Positions 1 through 12,568 of a stretch of DNA of 64,000 bases are shown here, in pieces (the stretch's first letter is position 1; every line of letters starts with the position of its first letter). Source of the DNA: Oikopleura dioica. Taxonomy: Eukaryota > Animalia > Chordata. A program made the position numbers and the translations under genes. The stretch is taken from assembly GCA_907165135.1 (NCBI GenBank), contig OU015569.1:11346001-11410000 (forward strand). The letters are read 5' to 3'. The notes under the pieces are model-generated. The model had not been told where the DNA came from. It made no database searches and saw nothing but the letters and a program-made list of their open reading frames with translations.

Positions 1-667
1 ACCCTAATTAGCGGAGGAATTGTTGTGCCGCGGCATTGCTCTAATTTAGGCGAAATAATTAATTGACTTGCAATTTATTGAGCCAAAAAGGAGGCTTTAT
101 TGGGTGAAAAGCACGCAGAAGAGGAAGGGACCCACAGATGGCGAAAATAGTAGAATCGATTTTGAACAGGAGGGTGGGCTAGCTACGACAGATTTTTTGA
201 TTAGCCGAATTTCAAATTTAGAAATTCGCAATCTTGGGCCAAGCATCTGAATTTTTCTCGATAAGAAGTTTCTTCTAAAAGAAAGCTAAATCTACCGACT
301 GAGATCAAGGAAGAGAACAATTGTCTAAAAAGATGTAATTTTAGTTTGTTTATTTATCAAAAAAAAGAATAAATAAGGCAGTAGAATATATAAAAAAAAG
401 TGAGTATATGACAGTGAATACATGTGAAGTGCTTTTTTCCAATTAGAATTTTAAAAGTTTGCTTGTTTCTTTTTCCAGTCCATTTTTTTTTCTTAAAATC
501 GTTTTGACATTTCTTGCAATATTTTGTTTGAAGAATTCTGTGTAAAGATAAAATGCATCGAATTTCTGATTGGGCGATGCTCATGCTACAGCGCCACCTC
601 TCTAGCAGCTGATGGAAAAAAGGCATTTTCTAGCCCAGGTTTATAAAGAACCTTTTTTTATCTTTTC

Positions 668-2380
668 CTATTTTTTGGACTTCTTATTCTTCTTCTTCTT
701 TCCAATTTTGAGACTTTTCTCAATGTTGGCGATGGCGGCTTCGTTAGACGTGTACTTCGCGCTCTTTCCCGGCTGAGCTTCGTCTTGCGACCATTTCATG
801 ATTTGAAACTCGAGGCCGTATTTTTCTGAACGAAGTGCTGCATTTTCCTCCATGTTCGCATGCTTCGCGAAGAGAAAAGCCGCGCGCCACTAGAAATCGA
901 GTTCATTTGAGAAACCCATTGAAATCGGCTTACCCTGTCGCGGACTGTCTTCGATTCTTGCAGCAAATAGTGCCTTACATAGTCTGGACCGTAATCGACA
1001 AAAGGCGTCATGTCGTAAGTAGGCACCCATTTGTTGATCGGCCGCTGGAATTTGCCGAGCTCGCAAGGCATCATCGTCACGTGAACGCTTAAAATTTTGG
1101 TCGTCATTTCCTGGGATTTCTTTTACCTGTCGTGGTCGCCATTGTTTCGCATAAACTCGCCCCTTTCTTGGTCAATTTCAACTTTCAAGGTTTGAAAAAT
1201 TAATTCCAACATATTTCAAGTGATTTTTCTACAATTTGAGCTACTTTTTTCAGACCAAAAACCCATAGCAGGCCATGGTAATCCTGGAGCATGAATTCCA
1301 ATCCAAACAATGGAGCCAACTGTTAGTCGAATATCCGAGTAAATCCAGTATTTTGACCCGCCCTTGATAAGTACTCTTAGAGGATTTCGCATTGACTGAT
1401 TGCTTACCGGATGGTCAGGCTTTTCCTCAGGTTTCGAGCAGTGGTTGTATTTTTTGCGGGGATCAGGGTTCATTTCGCAAATCCAGTAGTCTGGCAATAA
1501 CGCAGGGTCTTCAAATTTGATTAAGAGCAGCTCTGAAGATTTGATTTACCTGTGCATTCTTTGAGATAGCGCCACTTTTTGCACTCGACACATTCGACCC
1601 ACGTTCCTTCGGCTTGGAGAACCTCACTCTTCCACTCCTTACCATTCCAATTGCGGCCGTGGAGCTTAATTATTCCGATTCTTCGTTTCTTTTTCCCGTT
1701 GGAAGAAGAAGCATGAGACGCTGTACTGTCGTAGTTTCGGATGACGTTGGTCCTCACGACCCGAGGTGTGTTTTCTGGTTGATTCGATGGTGCAGCTGGC
1801 TCTGTTGATGTCGAGGTTGTCTCTGACCGTGTATCGCGCAAATTAGAAGCCGATTTTTTCTTGTTGTTCGCAGTTTTCATCGGCTTCGGAAGAGGGATCT
1901 CGCTGCCCTGTGTGATTGCAAATGGAATCTTGGAAAAATAGGGTGGCCGAGTTGTTTTACGAGCTCTTCTTGACCCTCTTCTTTTCGACTGCGACTCGTC
2001 ATTGCTCGTGCTTGTGCTTGGTATGTCTTCAGAATTGCTGGTTGATGGAAAAACAGGAATAGGACTTGGCAAAGCCGAAGATGGCGATTGTGACGAAGCA
2101 GCGACTGACTCTTTCGAAAGCTGACTGAAATATTCATCAGCTTTGAGAATGATGACGTCGTCCTCGTCAGAAGAGTCTCTGTGGAATCGAAGTTGACTTG
2201 TGGCTTCTTTAGTTCTGCTCTCATTTTTCAAAGTACTGGTGCTGGTTTTCTTCTTGGAAATCCGCTCTGCACCGACGAATTTAACCGGCGAAACAGCGCG
2301 AGATCCACTATCCCGGCCACTCATTCTCGAGGAGCCCCCTCGTCGAAGACGCTTTGGCTTGATGATCGTGTCTCCTGAAT
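668..2380 (-). CDS. ZCWPW1: ZCWPW1-like protein, 3' exons (zf-CW + PWWP)
   Basis: Spliced exons give WVECVECKKWRYLKECTG/DPALLPDYWICEMNPDP..YNHCSKPEE (zf-CW), then GSIVWIGIHAPGLPWPAMVEID..SVHVTM..KWVP (PWWP), ending at TAG 668. GT-AG introns join in frame. Domain order resembles ZCWPW1/2; exact paralog uncertain. Confidence 0.75.
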
Positions 2381-2689
2381 TTTTAGTTTCTCAAGTTTTT
2401 ATCCTATATCTACTGAAAACATAAATTATCTGATTAAAAATTTCAAATTTACATTGCCCGCCTAAATAATGAGTAATAACTATTTGGGGAATTTTTTAAA
2501 AATACTTGCGGGGGGCAAAAACCGTCGGAAAAAATCACTACCATTATTAATGAAAAAATTCTCATGTTCTTGAGGCTCTTGCTTTACTGATTCTCTAATT
2601 TCTGACGAGTTCATCTTCTTTATCAATATTTTCTCAGAATAAATGAGCGTTTTGGGAATTTTTTGCGTAAAACCGATTCTTGGTCCCTA

Positions 2690-5600
2690 ATTGGCTCGTC
2701 GCTGGCTCAAGCTCACCTGGTTTGCGCTGCGCAGACCATGGCTTGTCATTTTCTCTCGACAACCTGGCTTCATCTTGCGTCCTATTGATGGTCGTGTTGA
2801 AGCTTTCGTCGGCGAGTGGATTGAAGGCGCCGATGTATTGTTTGCGTGGCTTGTCGTCGTCGTCAATGGGGAAGAGGAGGCTGCTGTCCGGCTGCTGCGT
2901 GGAATTAGCGGCGATATCCTAAAATTTAGTTTAGTAAAGAGAAGAGATAAAACGCTATTTTTTCAGAATATAAAGTGACAAAAAAACATTCTCTACTTTT
3001 TGTAGTTCTAAATTGTTGAAACGCTTGCCTGTCTAAAACTGTCGTCTGGAAACAACTTGTTCCACTCTTTCTCGGCCTGTGACATTCTTTTTGGCTGTGA
3101 TTTTTTATCCTTAAAAATTTTATAACTAAGTTGCTTGTACGAAAAAACTACCTGAATATTTTTTTCTTCTGAATCTGTACTTTCGATTGCGCTGGAAATA
3201 ATGGATTGATCCAGTGTCGCCTAAAATGTGTTTCAATGTTGACAAAGGGTTTTCAAATTTACCCCGTTTAAAATTTCCTCGATCGACGGAAATTTCTCGA
3301 ATTGTAATTCGCGATTCTTTTCGACCTTGGCGCCTGACTCTTTTTTCGGACTTTCTGATGCGATCTTCTTCTTCATTGAGTGGCCAGATGATTTTCTTTT
3401 TAGGTAAACTGGTTTCAGTTGTCCTGATCGTTTCTTGGCCGGTTTTTGTGACGAGGTCTTGATTGAGGGAGCAGAGTTTTCTGGAAAGAGGGTCTGCGAA
3501 GTGATCACGCTGACTTGCTGCGATTTGCGCGAATTCTGAGTCGATTTTGGAACTAAAAACTCGTCACTTCTTCGTCGATCATTTCTTCTTTCTTCGGGTC
3601 CCTAAATTTAGTGTCAGTTTTTTCGTTGAATATATATTTCCATACCTTTGAATCAACCAGTTCATCTCCTAGAAGATTGACCGGAGCACTGTGTTCTTCC
3701 AATGAAAAATTCTAAAGAAAAGTAATTACTTTCGAGCTGTTTGGAGAAGTCAATTACCAGTGGATTCGAATGATCGAAGCTTGCAAGTGTATCCGACGGT
3801 TTTGAAGCTGCAGTATCCACCGGCTAAAACGTATTATTTAAGCAGCTCTGTTAATTAATTTTCCGAATTCTTACGTTCATTAGGTATTGGTTTGAAGTTT
3901 GCGCAGGCGCGCTTTCTTCGTTGATTTCAAAACTTTGCGCCTTCTTGAAGATGTCCGCGTGACTTCTTTCTCGCCGTTTCGAACTCGACTTCTTTTTCAA
4001 AATCTTTCGGCGAGTCGGTACAACTGGACTACCATCAACTAAAATTATTTATGTTACTTATACTAGCTCCTACAAAGAATCTTACAAGGTTGGGTTTCTG
4101 GAGATCCAAGTGTTTGGAACTCTTCATTTTCCATTTCCGCTTTTAGCTTCCACTCATTGTCGCTTCCTTGGGACTTGATGTGCTTTATCAACTTCCCGCC
4201 AGCGATTTTCATCTTCTTCACCTCGATACTGTCATCGTGGTTGATGGACAGTGCCTGAGATGTATTTGCCAATTCATGCGCGTTCAGCTTTTCCGAGTTG
4301 ATCTCTTGTTAAATATTCAGATAAAGATTAGTGAAAGCAACCGTTCCTGACATTCCTCTATGTTTTCATCCAGATCATCTTTTTTCTTTTCCGGCGAATT
4401 GCGGAGTTCAGTTTCGAAGTACTTCATCTGACCTGGAGAAAAGACATCGCACTCTCATCAGGAGCTCTAGTGAAGGTTTCGTTGCTCCTGTTTCTGTACT
4501 CGCGGTTCCAAGAAGATCTGATGGGAGACAAGTTAGAAGTCATTGATTCCAAATTTCTGCGCTGGCAATGCTCGCTCATATCAAAGCTTATTATTTCAGT
4601 CAGTTGATTTTTAACAAAATGTTTCTTACTTTTGAGAAGAAGATTGTCGGTTAAGTCCATTTCCGTCGACAAAAGGATCATATGCGCTTTGCTGAGGGTA
4701 GGGATGAGGCTGATATCCTTGAGGATAGTAGGCTTGAGGATGGTACTGCTGAGGGTAGAATTGCTGAGGATGATGGTGGCCAGGATGGTATTGCCGAGGT
4801 TGATACGCCTGGTGATGAAATTCTTGAGGACGGAATTGCTGAGGAGAATACTGCTGAGGAGGAGTCCGTGCTGCAGAAGTTCCTCTCATTCGAGAATTCA
4901 TTCCGAGCAAGAATTGCGTCTCATTGTATTCCCGATGTCGTGATCGCGAGTCCTCATAAAACTGTAGCTCATCTAGATACTGCGCCGCTGGTGTGATGAT
5001 TTCGCCGCAAATGCTCTGGTTCACACTCTTTGCGGCTTCTAGATTCACCTCAGTTTGGGTTTTGTTTTTCGAAGAACCGATGTCTTCGCTGGAAAGAGTT
5101 CTTCCTCCGCGCTGAATGTACTGGTTGATGGTGACTGGCGCTCGGGAATGAGCGCGACGAGTTTTTCGCGGCGGACTGTTGTCAGAAAACGTTCCAGCTG
5201 TGAAAAGGTCCTGTGTTTTTGGGTGGGCATAAGTTGAAATTTAGTGACCACGGGAAAAGAAATTTAAGTTTGACTGAATAGAAGCAATTGAATATGCTCA
5301 CCCCAGCCTGACTCCTCCGAGAGGAGGATGGTTGGTTGTTAGAGTAGTCGTCAGCTGGGAAAAGCCGACGAACTACAGAGTGCGGTCGCTTGATCCGAAC
5401 CGGACGACTCTCATCATCTGATTGAAAAAGCGGACCACTTTGGTTTTGGTTGTTTGCTGCGCTTTGCCGTTGAGAGCGTTTTGCTCTCCGCCCGGGCAGA
5501 AGCGTAGGAACGGGGGCATCTTCATCAATCAGGAGGTCACCTGAGCCGAGCGAAGTACGATCATCGTCATCATCATCGTCAACACGACGATGTTGATTTT

Positions 5601-5819
5601 GATAAACACTATCCCGAAATGGAAGAATCTCCGGCGAAAGTCCATCGTTGACTCTTTCATCACTGCAAAAAAAATATGAAAGCATAGCGAAAAATTTAGA
5701 ATTTCAGCTTGAAGTTGTCTAAATTCCGAAAATTTGCTATCTCACCTTGAGATCAGTGTTGCGTCCATGTCCGGCTCTGGTGTAAATGCTCTCTGATTAC
5801 TGCCAATCTCTCTATCCAT
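2690..5819 (-). CDS. Low-complexity 5' exons, probably the same ZCWPW-like gene, including a QQYHP-type pentapeptide repeat
   Basis: Chain of minus-strand exons with GT-AG borders (ORFs 5182-5685, 5045-5251, 4626-5048, 3233-3508 and the 2690-2917 exon); candidate ATG 5819. Linkage to the CW-PWWP exons is inferred. Confidence 0.5.
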
Positions 5820-6448
5820 GCTTTGGACTCAGAGTTTGATCTGGGAAGACTGACTTCAAAGATGAAAACACGTCCCATGGCCCCGTGTTCTAGAACCAAG
5901 ATATGGATGATGAGACTTTCTGAAGACGATCATCAGTCTACGATACCGTCGCGATCTGAGATATCTCTTTCCGTATTTCTGATGTCTTGACTCCTTCTCA
6001 ATTTTCCTCTTTTGCTTGCTACACATTTTTCGAAAAAAAAAAGAAGAAAAACTATATTATAGTGTAAGAAAATGTTTATTATGTGAACAATGAAAAAGGA
6101 TACAAGAAAAATAAATACCAAATAGCTAAAAAAAATCTCTTCGACGCGCCCAGATTTCTCGCTCGATCGGCCCAGCGGATGGGTGAAGAACGATCTGAAA
6201 TAATTATTCTTTTTGATATGTAAGCCAATAATAAAATAAGCCAATAATTGCAATGGTCGCAAAAATATAAATTTTCGATTTTGATGGAAAATCCCTCTTC
6301 GAGGAATATCATGGTGATGTTTCCTACGAGCAGCCTTATGATCTGGGCCATCGAAATTTCTGATTTTGAGATATGTCAAAAAACGGACGCGTTTTAAGAA
6401 TTTGTGAAAGTTTAAAAATTTCAAATCAACCGTTAAAGTGCACTCTTT

Positions 6449-6656
6449 GACCTACTGTAGGAAATCTGTCACAAATAACACTAGGAAATCTGAACAAAAA
6501 AATTCCAGGAAGTGGTAAGCTACCTATTTCAAATAGGCTATTTGTTAAGAATTAGACGACTTACAGTCAAAAATTATTCCAAAAACGAACCAAGGACTAG
6601 GACTTATCAGTGATAAGTTATCACCAAGCGACCTTATCAGTTATAAATCATCACTC
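6449..6656. repeat. Dispersed repeat, copy 1 (copy 2 at 27954-28578)
   Basis: Shared blocks gacctactgtaRgaaatctgtcac, aagtggtaagc, gacttacRgtcaa..aaaacgaacca and gcgaccttatcagttataaat occur in the same order in both copies. Confidence 0.7.
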
Positions 6657-6837
6657 ACTGTGAATTAAATATTGCGATTTTAATTTTTTTTACGTTTTTG
6701 AGCAAAATCTGTTTATTTGGCCACTGCTAAATTGACCATATCTGTATCTGAATCGCGGTCTTTTACGAATCTTTTTTAAGATTTAATTATAGAAATTCAA
6801 TCATTCTAATACTAATTGGACGAGAATGTTGATACAC

Positions 6838-7040
6838 GAACCTGTGGTGCCTCGGCTTGCTCTGCATCAGCTTGATCTGGCTGCGCTTGTTCTTCGATCT
6901 GCTCTTGTTCTTGGATCTGCGCTTGGTTATCATTTTGCGTTTCTTGATCTTCGTTTAATCATAGAAAATGTCATGAAATTACCGAGTTGCCTTATTCTTT
7001 CTTCTGCAGCTGCCAATCGTGTCTTTAGAATTCCTAATTA
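6838..7040 (-). CDS. Small Q/E-rich coiled-coil coding fragment (orphan)
   Basis: Exon-like GILKTRLAAAEERIRQL followed by EDQETQNDNQAQIQEQEQIEEQAQPDQADAEQAEAPQ; no homolog recognised. Confidence 0.3.
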
Positions 7041-7532
7041 ATATTTTTAGTGGTATTAAAATATTTTGCTGATGATTTACTATTTTTCCAAACTAGTATA
7101 AACAGCTGTGTGATAAAAATGCAACAAAAAAACGCCATGATTTGAAAGCTCAACATTCTAAAAAGTTATAAATCAATAAATAAGGTCACGAATACTTTTC
7201 TGTAAAATAATTAACTTTTTTTTTCAACTAATGTCAATCAATTCTAGAGATTTAAAACGATTTTATTGAAATAGATTAGACAAAAAGCACAATTTATTCG
7301 TGCGGCAAATAATGAAAAACTAATCAGATTAAACAAATATTCTCAGTCTTAATTGCTTTTAATATTCTATGCTAACGATGAATTTCTGACCCCTCAAAGC
7401 TTGCTTGCTTACATTCTTTGATGTTCTCCGTCAGCCTGATACAAGATTGCCAAATAAGAGACCAGTTCCTCCACTTTTCAATTTCACAAGAGTAGTCCTT
7501 GAAAATCCTTTAAAATGATGACCTTCAGCACG

Positions 7533-8597
7533 TGTGGGATGACTAAGTTCGTGGGGACTAGGTTCGTGAGACTAGGTTCGTGGGTGGCTGGCTGGAAAAC
7601 GTGGTTCGTGGGACAAGGTTCGTGAGTTTTTGATTTTATATGTATATTTTTATTTATAATGATTAAGTGTTATTTATATGTATATATTTATTTATATATA
7701 TTTATATATATGTATTGTAATTATATGATCATATAATATAATATTGCTATCTAAATATAGGTTCGGGGGTTTTTGATTGGTTAGAATTTTTATTCTATAA
7801 GGAAAAAATATGTGCGACTAGGTTCGTGGGACTAGGTTCGTGGGTTTTTAATTGGTAATTATTTTTATTCTATAAGGAGAAATTATGTGCGACTAGGTTC
7901 GTGGGACTAGGTTCGTGGGTTTTGAAATTTTTTTATAAGGAAAAGGAGGGTGCGACTAGGTTCGTGGGACTAGGTTCGTGGGTTTTGAAATTTTTTTATA
8001 AGGAAAAGGAGGGTTGACTAGGTTCGTGGGACTAGGTTCGTGGGTTTTGAAATTTTTTATAAGGAAAAGTGGGATGCGACTAGGTTCGTGAGACTAGGTT
8101 CGTGGGTTTTGAAATTTTTTATAAGGAAAAGGGAGGTGCGACTAGGTTCGTGGGACTAGGTTCGTGGCTTTTAAAATTTTTTATAAGGAAAAATGGGTTG
8201 CGACTAGGTTCGTGGGACTAGGTTCGTGGGTTTCTATTCTAAGGCAACCATTGTTATTCAGCGCTAACATAGAAATTCAGTTAAAGAGCCTAGCGGCTTA
8301 TTTTGGGGGGTGGGAAAGTCATTTTTTACCATTCAACTTTACCCAATTTTACAACCCACGAACCTAGTCCCACGAACCTAGTCCCACGAACCTAGTCTCA
8401 CGAACCTAGTCTTCACGAACCTAGTCCCACGAACCTAGTCCCACGAACCTAGTCTTCACGAACCTAGTCTTCACGAACCTAGTCTTCACGAACCTAGTCC
8501 CACGAACCTAGTCGCACCCCCTTTTCCTTATAAAAAAATTTCAAAACCCACGAACCTAGTCTCACGAACCTAGTCCCCACGAACTTAGTCATCAATC
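7533..8597. mobile_element. Foldback-type element built from 14-bp GACTAGGTTCGTGG arrays
   Basis: About 47-bp terminal inverted repeats (gatgactaagttcgtggggactagg...), oppositely oriented internal arrays, ~60-bp higher-order repeats at 7815-8230, flanking direct repeat ccttcagcacg at 7522-7532 and 8598-8608. Confidence 0.85.
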
Positions 8598-8731
8598 CCT
8601 TCAGCACGAGTTACAAATTGAACCAACTATCAACGGTTTGCTGATGCCAGTTTCTGCTGCAAGCAGTAGCACCACCGCTGATGGGAACAGATTCATGCGA
8701 GTTTCGGGTGTTTTTTCCAACTATGCTGCAG

Positions 8732-9263
8732 ACACTTCATAGCTTGACAAGAATGTTCGTCAAGGATCTCCGAGAACGTGTCAGAAAAGCTCAGGTACAA
8801 ATCATTCCCCTCGTCATTCTTCATTTTCAAATTCTAGGGCGAAAGTACCGACTCCGATTTGGTGGAAGGATCGACCGCGCAAAAGCACCGAATAGGCTTC
8901 TTAGAGACGAATTTAAACAAACTTACCACTGTGCACAAGCAATTAGTGAGTGACAACGCAGACCTCAGATGTGAATTACCGAAACTAGAGAAGCGACTTC
9001 GAGCAACAGCTGATCGTGTCCGAAGCCTTGAATGTGAGTTTTCCGGGTCCTTTTCAGCTTTTTTACCGTCGATACTATTTTAGCTGCTATGCGAGAAGCA
9101 AGAGAGGGTGCGCTGAAGGACAGGAGAAAGTACCAGGGAGAAGTCGAGAAAATCAAGGTTTGGCTTTTGAGATTATCGATTCTTGAAAGTGTTCTTTTAG
9201 GAAACTGTACGAGCGCGAAATATTGCCAGGAGAGCTCATCAGGCGAACATTGCCCGACCAGAG
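8732..9263 (+). pseudogene. KIF5: Kinesin-1 heavy chain C-terminal fragment (4 exons, no motor domain)
   Basis: TLHSLTRMFVKDL / [50 protein letters not shown] / DRRKYQGEVEKIK / RAHQANIARP matches the KHC tail; no upstream kinesin exons seen. Confidence 0.85.
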
Positions 9264-11532
9264 GTAAAAATCGACTTCGAAAAGGCTTTTTATCAAAAAA
9301 AGCGAAAAGATCTCACAATTCTAGCGATTTGCCTTCTCTTGCAATTCTGTTCCGATCCAACTGCGCAAGTTTATCTTCAGTTCTTTTTGAAAATACACAA
9401 CTGAACTGTTACAGTATTAGTTTTGGTTTCTTTTTGGAGCAATCCCCTTTTTTCCCCCCCGTTATTTTACTATTTAATCTTTGTCTAGAGCTTTAGCCTC
9501 AAAGGAAAAATTTACAAGTAGTCAAATTTGTGCATTAGAAACGAAGTACGATCAATATCGTTTACAGAGTATTCCGCAACTTTTAGTTACAGTTACATTC
9601 AGGGGAGCCACTCAAACTCTTGCCAAAACATATCTCCAGTGACCGTGGCTATCACCTTGCTTGTTACAGTATCTCTGCCTGTATTAGCATTTGTGCAAAG
9701 CAATTTATTTATCAACAGCATTTTGTATCATGTGTTTTCTGAACATCAGCTCGCCAAAAAAACTTGTTCGGCTTCCCAAAAATTCCTTTTTTTCAATAGC
9801 TTTTTTCTGATCAAAATAAATAACTTGAACTTTAAACTTTTAAACGCATGGACTTGCGCTCAATCATCTAAGACTAAAAAAGATCAATTCTCCTCCATGT
9901 TTGCACTTTTGAGGTTTAGGAAAGTATCGTCCTATCTCTTTTCTATGAACGGTTATTTTCAATTTTAAGTTTTCTCTCTTTTCGAGGACCGTACAAGGTT
10001 AACTTTTAGCGGGCGATATTATTCTTCCTAGGCCTATTTGAATGATGAATTCGTGTTTCTACTCATACAGCCGCCATCAATTGGAACTGTCTTTCCAGAG
10101 CGTGTCTGAATGTCTCCACCAACTGTATTTCTGAGAATATGCTTTAGATTCGGTCCAGAAAGCATTCGATTCACCATTCATTATTCTCACTTACTGTAAG
10201 TTTCCGTTACCTAAGCGAATATGTACATACATGAAACGAAATTGAAGTAAATTGAGAAATAAAAAGCCCTGCTGTTTCTTTGGTAAGCGTTGCGGAAAAA
10301 ATAGAATGAATAAGTGAAAAGATAGTGTTGGAATTCCATATTTTATTGAAATGAACAGTTTAGGATAAAAAAGATGAGGACTAGAAAAAAGATGAATGTA
10401 GAAAGATCGTGGTGGATATATTTGTCTGTTAAAGAAAGTGTGAAAGAAGATGAAAAAGAAACGTCAAAAGAAAAAGTGTAAATCGCTAGGGTTGGCTCAA
10501 AGAGATGAATATTATAAACCGCTAACCCTTGTTCGGTGTCGCCATATAGTCAATGGACTATTCTTCTTGCCTCTTCTGTATTGACTGTATTCAAATTCCA
10601 GCTCGACATATTCTTCGCCGTTGTAATTCTCAAATCCCTAAAAACTTAAATTCAATTTCGATAAATTGAAATCAGGGGAACAGTTGAGCAAAAAATCAAA
10701 ATGTGTAACTCATAGATGTAGCTTGAAAAACTTTTCTAGCTTGATCCCCTTTTCCCATCATTTGCCCGACCGGCTGGAAGCTAAATTCTATACGAAATGT
10801 AATTCAATCTCAAAAATCTCTTGACAAAAAGATATACCTTGAATAAAGATAAGAGTCTGAATTTTCGAATAAAAATATAAAAAAGGTATGTTTTAAGGCT
10901 CATTTCTTCGGAATTGAAGCCTCTTTTAGGCCCATTTTCACCATTTTAGGTCGAGATCACGACTTCGAGCCAATTTTTAAACAAAAAATCTTTATAAATC
11001 CAAATTTTCTCTTGACAAAATGTAGAACTAGGATGGATCTTTACTCTTATGCAGGCGAGTTTTTTCCACCACTTCTATATCCCGAGGAATTGAGCCCTAG
11101 TTAGAGCCTCGCCGACACCCGTACCCTTAAGGGGATCCCCAACGATTTTTCCGAAATCGGCCATTTTTGACCGGCGCTCACGCCGACACATGCTTATATT
11201 TTTCAAAATTTTTTTCATGTATATGTACATTCAACATAGATCTAGTGAAGCGTATCTCAGATTTTTTAAATATAACCACAACTGGCGCTACGGCCCAAAG
11301 AAGGAGAGCATCTCGCAGAAAATCGCGTTTTTGGCTACTTTTTCACCTGAGTCTCAGGTCCTGAGATTACTCCAAAAATTTAGGTTACAGAAATTTTTTT
11401 CCTGCAATTTCTGAAAGTTCTAGCACTAATCTAGTGAAGCGTCTCTCAGTTTTCTCAATTTCCAAAAAATGATTATGTAACAAAGACTATCAAAAAAATG
11501 TACAATTTTGGAAATTTTAACCATGTGAATTG

Positions 11533-11737
11533 CCCTACGACGACAAACAGGAATTTCACCGCCGACGACAATTGTGCCATATATGGCACATTAACTTTAA
11601 CGCGATCTTTTGACCAATAGAATGCCCGAAACCGAACCTTAACCCCAACCAAAACACAGCCCGAAACCTTAACTCGAACATGAACCTAGTCTCAATCCCA
11701 TTTTTGTGCCATATATGGCACATTTGTCGTCGTAAGG
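11533..11737. mobile_element. MITE-like element
   Basis: 15-bp inverted ends ccctacgacgacaaa / tttgtcgtcgtaagg and two internal perfect palindromes tgtgccatatatggcaca; no clear TSD. Confidence 0.55.
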
Positions 11738-12066
11738 TTAAATTATTGAGCACAATTGACTTCAAAGGTGAATTCACGTGAAATCATCCTTTATAACTTA
11801 TGGGTTTTCAGTGAGAGTTCTTGAGCCTTTTTTGAGTCTCGAATAAAATTTCTGAAAAAAGCGCAGCTGCTTTTAAGCATTCATTAAGGGCCTTGATGAG
11901 TGCCACGGGAAATGGCATGGGCACGACTATCGATACCATGTTACTGCCGATTATCCTTATTTTATTGTGCTTCCGGGGACGAGTTCCAGCTCAAAATAAA
12001 GCTACACCAGTTCGTAGATATAAGTAAAAATATTCTTTGAGGAGAATTTATCAAATTTATATTTAA

Positions 12067-12568
12067 GGACCCCCCCGTCATGTTTGACTATTTTCGGGAA
12101 TCGATTCTCTGAGTTCTGAGGATCATTTTTCTCTATTGTCGTAAAATTCTATTTCGACTCTTTGACCCTCAAAATCGACTTTGAAAATCACGATTTTCGG
12201 GCTTTTTTTTAGCTAAATTTGCCCATTTTTCGGCCAATCACCAATCTTCAAACTCTTTTTTCTTAGTGAAACCCTTAAGATATCATCATACACTTGATGC
12301 GGTGCCCTCGACAAGGGTCTCAGCTAAATTTTCAACATAAAAAAATTTTGATCAGTTAAGGTGATCATAATGATATCCATGTTTGAAAAATATTTTTACT
12401 TTAACTTATCGTTGCGACACCCTTAAGAAGCCTATGAGCTTGTTTTCCTTCTGGTGCCCTAGAGCAGCTATCGAGCTACAAAATAATCAAGAAATATTTG
12501 TAAAATCTTAAGGGGATCAACCCGATATCCGTGTTTGAAAAAATCATTATCACATGACGGAGGGGTCC
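12067..12568. mobile_element. TTAA-flanked MITE (Kolobok-like GG..CC termini)
   Basis: TTAA|ggacccccccgtcatgt ... acatgacggaggggtcc|TTAA; internal partial duplications. Confidence 0.75.

Noticed and set aside
4632-4996. Acidic plus-strand ORFs (4682-4996, 4632-4943)
   Set aside because: Antisense shadow of the QQYHP repeat exon.
7540-8590. CRISPR-like array or tRNA T-loop (GGTTCG) repeats
   Set aside because: Eukaryotic context, no unique spacers, no cloverleaf; explained as a foldback element.
9528-10900. Possible small genes (ORF 9528-9968; minus exon-like pieces at 10540-10790)
   Set aside because: No recognisable homology or consistent splice model.
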